Virus record (IMG/VR): IMGVR_UViG_3300020044_008989 | Location: 84,421-148,420 of that record | Strand: one strand, 5' to 3' | Length of the DNA stretch: 64,000 bases | Source of the DNA: an uncultured virus (IMG/VR IMGVR_UViG_3300020044_008989) | Taxonomy: Duplodnaviria > Heunggongvirae > Uroviricota > Caudoviricetes | Shown here: positions 56,035 through 64,000 of the stretch, one piece after another | Layout of the letters: each line of letters opens with the position of its first letter | Position numbering within the stretch: position 1 is the stretch's first letter | Position numbers and translations under genes: made by a program | The notes under the pieces: model-generated | What the model was told of the DNA's origin: nothing | Database searches by the model: none | Seen by the model: the letters and a program-made list of their open reading frames with translations, nothing else

Positions 56035-57686
56035 GCCGCCATTACATTAAAAGTAACTCAGTATTAGTCGCCGTTGACCTAGCTGGTTATACGGAGAGTG
56101 ATCGTAGGGGTTTGGCATTTATTGGTTTAAACGATTCGTTCGGATTTTCTGTTGATGTGGCGAGAAATTCGGTAGGACAAGTTGGTTCTCAAAAGTTAGC
56201 CGTTGATGATCCATCTTTGGCCCCCGATATTTCTTTTGATTTATCCTTTATTCCAACAAGGAAATTCGACAACGAGAATGTTTTGGGGTTGAATTTTGGT
56301 TTTAACAATGAATTTACCTCAGTATTAAATGACAAAAGCGACTCCTCTTTTAACGTTTATTTGTTCACCTCTGATAAGCAATCGTATGATTTTATCAAAC
56401 AACTCCGCGACCAACAATCTCTTAATGGAGTAGAATGTTTGGCGATAGGAAATTGCTATATAACACAGTATGGTTTTTCCATCAAAACGAGCAATTTGGC
56501 CCGAGCTTCGGCGTCTTTTGTGGGGTCGAACATCGAAGCAAGCGTCATTTCTAGTAATAAAGTCAAGGTTCCAGCAGTAAATTTAGAGAGCGGCGCACAA
56601 AATACTTACTATTTGTCCCTCGATTGGGCTCAACTTTCGGCGGCATTAGATGAAATTACTATTGCGCAGATGCCTATTTTGCCCACTACGGAGGTGAAAT
56701 TTACAGCTATTTTGGACAATTTAGAGGTTCCTTCGGCGGTTTTAACGCCATTATCTGACGCAAAAATTCAATCGTTGGACTTCGGCATTTCAATTCCTAG
56801 AGAAACAAGCTATGGATTTGGCAGTAATTTTCCACGCGGGCGCAAGATTAAGTATCCAGTTCAAGGGCAGTTGAATGTTTCAACCATTGTTTCTAACTTT
56901 TCGTCTGGCTCGTTTACTGGAATTATGGGCGGCGAACAAAAATATAACGCCCAACTAAATTTTCTTGACCCGCAAGATGTGTTTTTATCAGGTAAAAGTT
57001 TCGCCGCGCTGTCTGGCTTTCTTTCCTCGGGAGTTTCTGGAACTACTGGATTCTTTACCGAAAGCCGCTCTCTCAAAATTGAGAATGCCAAGTTAAACTC
57101 CTACTCTCAATCGACGCCGATTAATGATTTTGTTTCGGCCACTATGTCTTTTGGTTTCCAGTGTTATGAAAGCGGCGGACTAATGCAGAAATTTGGCGTT
57201 TTATCTGACGGGGCGCAACCTTATTATTTGTATTCTTCTGACGCCAGAAAATTAATCGACGCCTCTGGAGATGTTTTGACGATTGATCCTTATTTGTATA
57301 TCTACGGAGAAGACTGTTCGGCGAACTATTTGTTGGATGGCGATGGGCATTTGATGTTAGCCGATAATTGGACTGACGACGCTCAATTTTGTCCTTATGT
57401 AATTGTGCCGCCCTCCCCAGCGCCAAACATTAATTCCATCGCGGATAATACTACCTCGGTAGATATGGATTGGACAGCTTCGGCGTTTGCCACTGGCTAC
57501 CAAGTCCAACTATCAGAAGATGGCGGGGTTATGTATTCTGATATTGTGGGTGCGGTAACAGATGTTCCAAATTATGCTGATACCAGCGTCTCTCGTGGAA
57601 ACGAATCAAATTACTACTACAGAATTATCGCTAGGAACCACATAGGCTCAACCACTGGTGCTGGGTCAATCATCTACATACCATGA
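56031..57686 (+). CDS. Tail-tube-like protein with C-terminal FN3 domain
   Basis: GNCYITQY and GSNFP..R....P shared with tail tube; WT....ATGYQVQ...YYYRIIA.N..G. Confidence 0.7.
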   Translation: MSRHYIKSNSVLVAVDLAGYTESDRRGLAFIGLNDSFGFSVDVARNSVGQVGSQKLAVDDPSLAPDISFDLSFIPTRKFDNENVLGLNFGFNNEFTSVLNDKSDSSFNVYLFTSDKQSYDFIKQLRDQQSLNGVECLAIGNCYITQYGFSIKTSNLARASASFVGSNIEASVISSNKVKVPAVNLESGAQNTYYLSLDWAQLSAALDEITIAQMPILPTTEVKFTAILDNLEVPSAVLTPLSDAKIQSLDFGISIPRETSYGFGSNFPRGRKIKYPVQGQLNVSTIVSNFSSGSFTGIMGGEQKYNAQLNFLDPQDVFLSGKSFAALSGFLSSGVSGTTGFFTESRSLKIENAKLNSYSQSTPINDFVSATMSFGFQCYESGGLMQKFGVLSDGAQPYYLYSSDARKLIDASGDVLTIDPYLYIYGEDCSANYLLDGDGHLMLADNWTDDAQFCPYVIVPPSPAPNINSIADNTTSVDMDWTASAFATGYQVQLSEDGGVMYSDIVGAVTDVPNYADTSVSRGNESNYYYRIIARNHIGSTTGAGSIIYIP

Positions 57687-57892
57687 CCGCCATATTCACT
57701 AACAGTACCGTCTCAATTACTTCCAACGGCCCCGTTTATAAATCGGAAGACGGGGAAACTTATTCGTTTTTATTTGAAGGCGGCGAATATATTGATCGGG
57801 CACTTTGCATTCCCTCTCAAGATGAGTCGGCTAATTATTACTTTTATTCTGGAGATTGGTCAATTATTCCTGTCGCGTGTAAAACAGTCTAA
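57683..57892 (+). CDS. Small hypothetical protein
   Basis: Coupled overlap. Confidence 0.6.
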   Translation: MTAIFTNSTVSITSNGPVYKSEDGETYSFLFEGGEYIDRALCIPSQDESANYYFYSGDWSIIPVACKTV

Positions 57893-57897
57893 GGAAT

Positions 57898-59307
57898 ATG
57901 GGTGTCTTTTCATTAACTAATACAGCTACAAGGGTTGACCAAGCGGTTAGCGCAGTTCATTCTGGTCTGTTTCCAAACGGCACTGGAATTGTTTACTCGG
58001 CGGGCGCTCAAACCATTTCTGGGACCAAAACATTTAGTGGAGGCTTAATCTCTCGCGCTGGTTTCGACGCTTCTGGAAATGTGTCTGGCAGATTTTCGCC
58101 TCATAATGATGGGTTGGTGGATTTGGGAGCAACGAGCAATCGTTTTGGGACTCTGTATGCTACTGGAATTACTGGAACAAATGCTGTTTTTGGCGGGAAT
58201 GTAACGGTTGTCGGAACGCTTAATGCAAACCTCAATATCGGAGCTACTGGGTTAGCGTCCATTACTGTTACTGGGACTGGGTTCTTCCAGAATGCGAGAG
58301 TTACTGGAGCGACAATTTTAGGCGGCGCGACAACTATTTCTGGGAATATCGGCTCATCTGGGAATAATACCTTCGCTGGGACCAACACGTTTCAGAATAC
58401 GGGGACGTTCCAAAATTCTGTGTTTTTTGAAAGCGCGGTTACAACAAGCGGCGCTTCCACGGTTAGAGGAGCAACGACTTTCCATTCCAGCGTATCTATC
58501 ACTGGTGGCACTTTTACTCATAGCGGATTAGCGAGTCTGACGGGAACCTTTACTCATACTGGCAACTTCTTCCAGGGTGGGCCGACTTCTTTGACGGGCG
58601 ATCTTTCTGTTAATGGCAACTCTACGTTTACTGGTAATGTAACAGTGGCGAATGGAACGACTATTATTCGCTCTGCCACGACGCTAACTACTGGAGCGAG
58701 TCCAAGTGACAGATTGACGATTAACCAAAACGTTGATCACACTGGCGTTTATAATTTGACGGGAACCCTGAATGTATCCGCTAATGTTTTCATTACTGGA
58801 AATGAAACGGTTGGTGGAGTCTTGACGGTTGATAATACTGGTTATTTTAAAGGCGTTAGAGTTACTGGGACGACTAATTTTAGCGGCACGAATACTCTGA
58901 CTGGGAACAATGCCTTGCTTGGGAATACGTTTATTACTGGCAATGAAACACATTCTGGGAATGTTACGTTTAACAATAATACGGGGCAGTTGGTGCAGTT
59001 TAATGGTTATGTTCGGCCAAGAATCGTCGCACAAGGAATTGGGACAATGAACGTTTCAAATTTGACAGTAGCAAATTTCTGGACTGGGACCAATCCGAAT
59101 GCTTTTCCCACTGCCCTTGGTGTAGCGGCAACGGTGACAGCTTATACTGGAATGCTTGGAGAGATGGGTTTATTGCTCACTGGAGCATCCGCTTCAAAAG
59201 ACAATAACAATGACCTTCCTCTTGGGACTTATGGCAGAGTTTTCCAACTTGTAAACATTGGAGTATTTAACGGCTCTGGTATTTGGTATCCTCTTGGAAT
59301 AAATTAA
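57898..59307 (+). CDS. Tail fibre/spike (beta-helix, Gly/Thr/Asn-rich)
   Basis: Six-residue periodic xxxGxx repeats; GTGTAA promoter. Confidence 0.8.
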   Translation: MGVFSLTNTATRVDQAVSAVHSGLFPNGTGIVYSAGAQTISGTKTFSGGLISRAGFDASGNVSGRFSPHNDGLVDLGATSNRFGTLYATGITGTNAVFGGNVTVVGTLNANLNIGATGLASITVTGTGFFQNARVTGATILGGATTISGNIGSSGNNTFAGTNTFQNTGTFQNSVFFESAVTTSGASTVRGATTFHSSVSITGGTFTHSGLASLTGTFTHTGNFFQGGPTSLTGDLSVNGNSTFTGNVTVANGTTIIRSATTLTTGASPSDRLTINQNVDHTGVYNLTGTLNVSANVFITGNETVGGVLTVDNTGYFKGVRVTGTTNFSGTNTLTGNNALLGNTFITGNETHSGNVTFNNNTGQLVQFNGYVRPRIVAQGIGTMNVSNLTVANFWTGTNPNAFPTALGVAATVTAYTGMLGEMGLLLTGASASKDNNNDLPLGTYGRVFQLVNIGVFNGSGIWYPLGIN

Positions 59308-59711
59308 GAATCTAATCCGTCCCAAAGACCCTTAAAGTAAAACCCATAGGCCACCATCGCTTGCCTAAATCGAAGGGTAGTGAGTTGGTGTTTTTGGCCG
59401 CTTTTATCTGAGATTGTTTGGATTGTATCGTTCGTAGTAAAACCAAGATCAAGAGCCTCTTTTACTAAAGCCAACATCTGAGAGAATAGAGCGCGGTCAT
59501 TTTCATCAAGGCCGATGACAAAGTTTTCGGGCTCAACTAAAAATCCTTCAGCCACTTTCTCCCCAAAGGTTCTCCATTTTGCATCTTGTTCGCTAATTGG
59601 AGGAATTTCTTTCGGCGCTTCAATTAATTCCGTCCAACCTTTTCTTATGAGATGAAAGATTTCGTCTTGATTGCTTGTGAGTTTAGTTGCCCCGTTAAAA
59701 ATTAATTTCAT
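59304..59711 (-). CDS. Putative tail fibre assembly protein
   Basis: Downstream of fibre genes; size and helical C-terminus. Confidence 0.5.
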   Translation of the reverse strand: MKLIFNGATKLTSNQDEIFHLIRKGWTELIEAPKEIPPISEQDAKWRTFGEKVAEGFLVEPENFVIGLDENDRALFSQMLALVKEALDLGFTTNDTIQTISDKSGQKHQLTTLRFRQAMVAYGFYFKGLWDGLDS

Positions 59712-60418
59712 AAATTAGCGTATCTAAGGTTAATTCCTCCGTTATAAAACTCGGCTACTTCGGCGTTTGAGAGAGCCTTGGTCCAAAGGGCGATCGACGT
59801 GTATTTGTTGTCAGGCGCTCCCGTCTGTGAGCGCATGTTGCCAGACGAGACCGTTGCTGGCGTGCCAGAGGCTGTGGTCGATTGCGCAACGCCGTCAATC
59901 CACAGAGTCGCCACTGACGACCCTGAATTATAAACCAGTGTAAAGCAGTGCCATGCCAAGGTCGTCAGCGTCGTCGAATGGGTGACTGTAGTTAATGTGT
60001 TGTTGATATAAATACGTGATGACGATACCCCACGGTTTATAAAACCGAGGTTGTAGAAATTCGCGGTGCCATTGTCGAAGTGAACATTAAGCGAGGTGCC
60101 TGGGGCTGACGCGAGGTAGAACCAGCCAGCGATGGTAATGTTGGAACTGTTAGTTGCGTTCTCGTGAGCGCGACTCATGGAAACACCGTTGCTGGTAGCG
60201 ACTCGGCAAGCACCACCATCAGGTGCGCCAGTAGCGTCTGGAGTCATATTGATTAACCTCGTCCATGTCCTACCGTTGGGTGAGGCGTCAACCGCATTGT
60301 CTGTGTTGGTAGTCTCGGCCATCTCATACCATGCCCAAAGGCCAGTTAGAAGGGTTGAGCCAGACCCTCCGCCAGAAGCGGCAAATCTAAAAGATTTTCG
60401 TCTATGTGGAATTACCAT
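59708..60418 (-). CDS. Concanavalin A-like / LamG domain protein
   Basis: TIAGWFY...WHCFTLVY...LWIDG...ALSNAEVAEFYN. Confidence 0.88.
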   Translation of the reverse strand: MVIPHRRKSFRFAASGGGSGSTLLTGLWAWYEMAETTNTDNAVDASPNGRTWTRLINMTPDATGAPDGGACRVATSNGVSMSRAHENATNSSNITIAGWFYLASAPGTSLNVHFDNGTANFYNLGFINRGVSSSRIYINNTLTTVTHSTTLTTLAWHCFTLVYNSGSSVATLWIDGVAQSTTASGTPATVSSGNMRSQTGAPDNKYTSIALWTKALSNAEVAEFYNGGINLRYANL

Positions 60419-63400
60419 GTGGAGATGTTTGTTCCAGTGTATTGAAGCGACACACCAAGGAGATTAGCATTAACGGCAAGAGTATCGTTGGCGTCAGAAA
60501 CATTACGGTAAACTCTGAAATACAGCATGTCTCCAGACAATGGAGTTGGCGATGGAGTGAATGATGGACTTCCAGAAGTAAGGTGAAAACCCGTGCCAGT
60601 GATAAAGGTATCTGTAACTTCCGCCGCTGTTCCCCATCCGACGTTCAGAGAGTCGCCATCGCTGGCAGATATTGCCTGAATGCCCCAAACAACGCCTCCA
60701 GAAGCGCCGCTTGTAGTCCAATCAAATTTGGCGCGAATACCATCAAGATTATAGTCGGCCAATTTAAATTTGAATTGCGCAAATCCGCTTGTGGCTGGAT
60801 CAAAAGAATAAACATCATGGGCGACTCCACCGTTGGAAACTGAGAGGGTCAATGGCGTAGCTCCAGAAACAGCGCCAGTAAGCATAGCCCCAGCGTCAAT
60901 ATAAACACCTCTAATTCCTGTATTCAAAGAGTAGCGGTTATCGGCGGCTCCAGTTGTTAAAAATGCTCCTGTATTAGAGGATAAGGCAAACGACCCAGTA
61001 ACGTTTGTTATAGCTGAAAATTGACCTTGAATTGGGGCCGTAACCCCAGTCAAGCTATTAACTTCGCCAGTAGTTACGCTTGAAGCTATTAGGTTTTTAT
61101 TGGCATCAATAATAGGGACTTTATTTGTCGTTGCGTAATCAAGTTTTAAAGCTCCGTACGCTGTGACATTCGCGCTCCCGCCAGCGCCGACAACAATCCC
61201 CGTTGAACCGTTATTACTGAGAATTTGAAGGCCATCGGAAGAATCCGCTTTTACTGCGTGAGAGATTAATGTTTGCGCTCCAATATCAACTTGTCCAGTG
61301 GCTCCATTATACGGAACATAATTGCCTATAATTTGGTAGCCCGTAAGGAATCCAGTGTTTCCAGATACAGTAATTGTAGAACCAGCAACAGAAACACTGT
61401 TATTTCCCGCGCCCGCAATAGTCAATGAACCAGATAGTCCGTTGAGAGTTCCTACTCCAGCGCTACTAGCGGAGATTAATGAAGCAAGGTATCCACTTAC
61501 TCCAGTCACATAACCAGTTGTTGCGTAACTGGAAAGATCAACGCCCGTGATGTAATTTGCGGGATTGGACGCTGCGTAAAATTGTCCTGTCTGAGACGTA
61601 GTGACAAAATTGCCAGTTTCGGATGGGCGAACAACGGAACCAGTAACATATGAGCCTGTTTGGTTGTTTAAGGTGGTGATTTGACCTTGTAAATGTCCGC
61701 TAACACCCGTAACGTAACCAGTTGATGCGAGACTGGTTATGTCGGAGGCAACAAGATAATTGCTTGGATTAGACGAGCGAGGATAGAATGCCCCAGTATA
61801 AGCTCCAGTAGCGTTTTGAAGTGCGTAGCGAGAATCGGCAGCACCAGTTGTTAAAAATGCGCCCGTTTGATTGTTGTTAGTTATCTGAATTTGGAGATAA
61901 CCACTTGTGCCAGTCAAGGTCGCTTGAAGAGCATAAGGGGAAAGAGCGGATGACGTAACGTATCCAGACGGATTGCTTGTTGGATAGAAAATGCCAGTCT
62001 GAGAGGATGTGATAAAGCCGCCAGTTTGGCCGCTTGTAATGAATGAACCAGTTTCCGATTGGCGAACAACCATTCCTGTAACGTATCTTCCGTCAAAAGG
62101 AATGACAACCGTTCCGTTGTCGCCCGTGCGGTTAAGCGTAAGATTCCCATTTCCCGTATTAAAAGACCCAGAATAAATATAATAATCACTACCAGCGCCG
62201 CCAGTTCCTTGCAAGTCAATAAATGAGGCGGATAAAGTTGAGCCGTCTTGCTGGTAAAGAGTAATTGTTTTTGTGGAGGAACCGTCAACAGAGATGCCAG
62301 TAATGGAATCTGCGATTGGAGCGTAACCAGTAAAATGACCAGTGTTACTCCCTTGTCTCGACACCATCAATACATTATTTCCAACCGATCTAACCTCTAT
62401 AATTGAGCCGCTGCCACTAAACCCACTACCATGTGGCGTTATTAGTGTCGTGTTGATGCCCGTAAATGTAACAACATTCGAACCCGTAATAACGAAATCA
62501 AAAAGGGTCGTGACTGGGAATGTCCCGCTAAGCGTGATTAAAGAATTGTCTCTCGGCTGAAAACTTAGGTTTCTAGAACCAGAAGAAACTGTTCTATCTC
62601 CATTAAACGCCAAAGAATTGTAGCCTAAATACAGTTTACTTGTAGCTCCAACAAATGTATTTGCCGTGACAGTTGTTCCGCTTATTGTCTGGGCGTAAAC
62701 CTCTGCCCAAGGATTTGTTTGCGTTCCTAGTTTTGAGATTTGTCCATATACAGGGAAAACGCCAGTTATTTGAGGAGATGGACTCCACTGACTCGTAGGA
62801 TAACCAGTTGCGGCGATATTTATACTTCTTCTTATAGAAGGGTCTCCCACAAATGCTGAAACCCCAACCGAACCAGCTGCCCCAATTAAAACTAATCTTC
62901 CATCTTCAAGGGGTAAAAATGTAGGATGATTAGAATCTCCAGCTTCATGCTCTCCAGTTAGTCGGCCTTGTGGTTCTGGGAAATGAGATATTACTAATGA
63001 ACCAGATTGAAAGCTTGTTCCAGAAGAAATGAATCCAAGAGATTCAAACAATACCGTTGAATTTTTTACCTTTAATGCTCTTGAGTAGTAGAGGGACCGA
63101 TCTTCCCAAGAAGTTGTTGGAGCGTCTCCAATTAATGTTGCTGGTGAAATTTGGCTTGGAGCGTCTTCGTTTAGCGTTGAAATTGCAAAATCTCCGCTAA
63201 GAGGAGTAACTAAGGTAACAGTTGGCGTCCAAACAAATCCCGTTTCCGTGTTTGAAATAAAACCGTATTGCGTTCCAGAAACAGGGTTGGCGTGTTTTGT
63301 GGTCAAAACGTGCCTTGGAGATACGAGAGTCGCAACTGGCGATGCGGATAAAGTATTTTCAAAAGCAACGCAGGAAAAATCATATTGTCTAGCCCAAAAT

Positions 63401-64000
63401 CCAGTATTGTAAAACAAGGATATATCTATTCCTGATGGAACTGAACCAGTCCATGTTGGAAAGTTTAACCAGATTGTTTCGCCGCTTGTTCCAGCGGCAT
63501 TTTCCAATCTTTTGAGGGTATTCCATGAACGGTTTAAATCATTTTTTGGATATGGATAAAGCGCGCCGCTAAATTCGTCCCAAAGATTGAACTCGGCATA
63601 TTCGCCAGTTGTTTGAAGGCCAACACCAGAAACTTGAGGGCGCGAATTAAAAGACGTTCTTCCGTTTAAGTAAATCCCAGAATCAAAATTAACAACAAGT
63701 GTATTATCTCCAGATGACGCTTGAGGTGTAGCCAAGGAAATAACGGCAGCATTATTATGTAATATTTGATTATTGGAGCCAAAAATCAAACCATGATCTC
63801 CAGATGCTAAGTTATTATTGCCAAAAATATATGATTCTGAGTGGAAACCAGTATTTGTCGATCCAAGGATGTAAATTCCAATTCCAGTCGCAAAATTATC
63901 TTCGCCGCCGATAACTACAGAATTTCTTTGTGCTAAATTTCGTCTTCCGCCGATAATGGTTGCGAAATTAGATACTCCAGAATTATATTCCCCGTTAATT
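60412..64000 (-). CDS. Long tail fibre protein with trypsin-like domain (5' end outside window)
   Basis: Frame stays open to window end (IGG..N.A repeats); ATLVSPRHVLTTKH, DFAI, AGDS; repeated TGxFY..SNP units. Confidence 0.85.
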   Translation of the reverse strand, partial: INGEYNSGVSNFATIIGGRRNLAQRNSVVIGGEDNFATGIGIYILGSTNTGFHSESYIFGNNNLASGDHGLIFGSNNQILHNNAAVISLATPQASSGDNTLVVNFDSGIYLNGRTSFNSRPQVSGVGLQTTGEYAEFNLWDEFSGALYPYPKNDLNRSWNTLKRLENAAGTSGETIWLNFPTWTGSVPSGIDISLFYNTGFWARQYDFSCVAFENTLSASPVATLVSPRHVLTTKHANPVSGTQYGFISNTETGFVWTPTVTLVTPLSGDFAISTLNEDAPSQISPATLIGDAPTTSWEDRSLYYSRALKVKNSTVLFESLGFISSGTSFQSGSLVISHFPEPQGRLTGEHEAGDSNHPTFLPLEDGRLVLIGAAGSVGVSAFVGDPSIRRSINIAATGYPTSQWSPSPQITGVFPVYGQISKLGTQTNPWAEVYAQTISGTTVTANTFVGATSKLYLGYNSLAFNGDRTVSSGSRNLSFQPRDNSLITLSGTFPVTTLFDFVITGSNVVTFTGINTTLITPHGSGFSGSGSIIEVRSVGNNVLMVSRQGSNTGHFTGYAPIADSITGISVDGSSTKTITLYQQDGSTLSASFIDLQGTGGAGSDYYIYSGSFNTGNGNLTLNRTGDNGTVVIPFDGRYVTGMVVRQSETGSFITSGQTGGFITSSQTGIFYPTSNPSGYVTSSALSPYALQATLTGTSGYLQIQITNNNQTGAFLTTGAADSRYALQNATGAYTGAFYPRSSNPSNYLVASDITSLASTGYVTGVSGHLQGQITTLNNQTGSYVTGSVVRPSETGNFVTTSQTGQFYAASNPANYITGVDLSSYATTGYVTGVSGYLASLISASSAGVGTLNGLSGSLTIAGAGNNSVSVAGSTITVSGNTGFLTGYQIIGNYVPYNGATGQVDIGAQTLISHAVKADSSDGLQILSNNGSTGIVVGAGGSANVTAYGALKLDYATTNKVPIIDANKNLIASSVTTGEVNSLTGVTAPIQGQFSAITNVTGSFALSSNTGAFLTTGAADNRYSLNTGIRGVYIDAGAMLTGAVSGATPLTLSVSNGGVAHDVYSFDPATSGFAQFKFKLADYNLDGIRAKFDWTTSGASGGVVWGIQAISASDGDSLNVGWGTAAEVTDTFITGTGFHLTSGSPSFTPSPTPLSGDMLYFRVYRNVSDANDTLAVNANLLGVSLQYTGTNISTW

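Larger units (their letters stand above)
18089..57882. promoter_or_regulatory. Late promoter motif GTGTAA upstream of structural genes
   Basis: + strand at 18089, 20576, 28288, 30598, 31399, 35485, 42907, 46065, 57877; - strand at 38189, 40386, 42009, 42886, 45984; mostly 8-26 nt before an ATG. Confidence 0.85.

Noticed and set aside
60412-64000. Diversity-generating retroelement or invertible fibre cassette
   Set aside because: No reverse transcriptase, invertase or TR/VR pair is visible; the repeats are ordinary protein-level fibre repeats.

Overview
64-kb segment of a large tailed dsDNA phage genome (standard genetic code, genes largely lacking Shine-Dalgarno motifs; host not determinable from sequence). 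(1) 1-12.5 kb: early/host-takeover region of about 35 small + strand genes. About 26 of them have their own sigma70-type promoter (TTGMSN-N16/17-TANNNT) placed 5-6 nt before the ATG (leaderless). The region also holds two tRNAs (Leu-UAA, Arg-UCU), several promoter-driven short non-coding units forming two sequence families, and two structured RNAs. It ends in a CCTA/TAGG-saturated zone with an abrupt compositional switch at about 12.57 kb (candidate genome terminus/pac). (2) 12.8-18 kb: - strand accessory genes (broken Dam-like MTase, GNAT, HNH, macro-like). (3) 18-64 kb: late module with phoH, a TM-PAS protein, a non-autonomous IS607-like tnpB element, a phage sigma factor, an ERCC4 nuclease, intein-containing TerL, portal, protease/scaffold, decoration protein, MCP, neck/tail genes, RNase H, tape measure, and tail-tip/fibre proteins (LRR, LamG, trypsin-like domains). 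It also carries further free-standing homing endonucleases and a ~460-nt structured non-coding region. Late genes share a GTGTAA promoter motif. The most novel-looking signals are the GG(A/U)C small-RNA family inside the leaderless promoter array, the late-promoter-driven large ncRNA candidate, and the CCTA boundary. All counts were made by eye; no searches were run.
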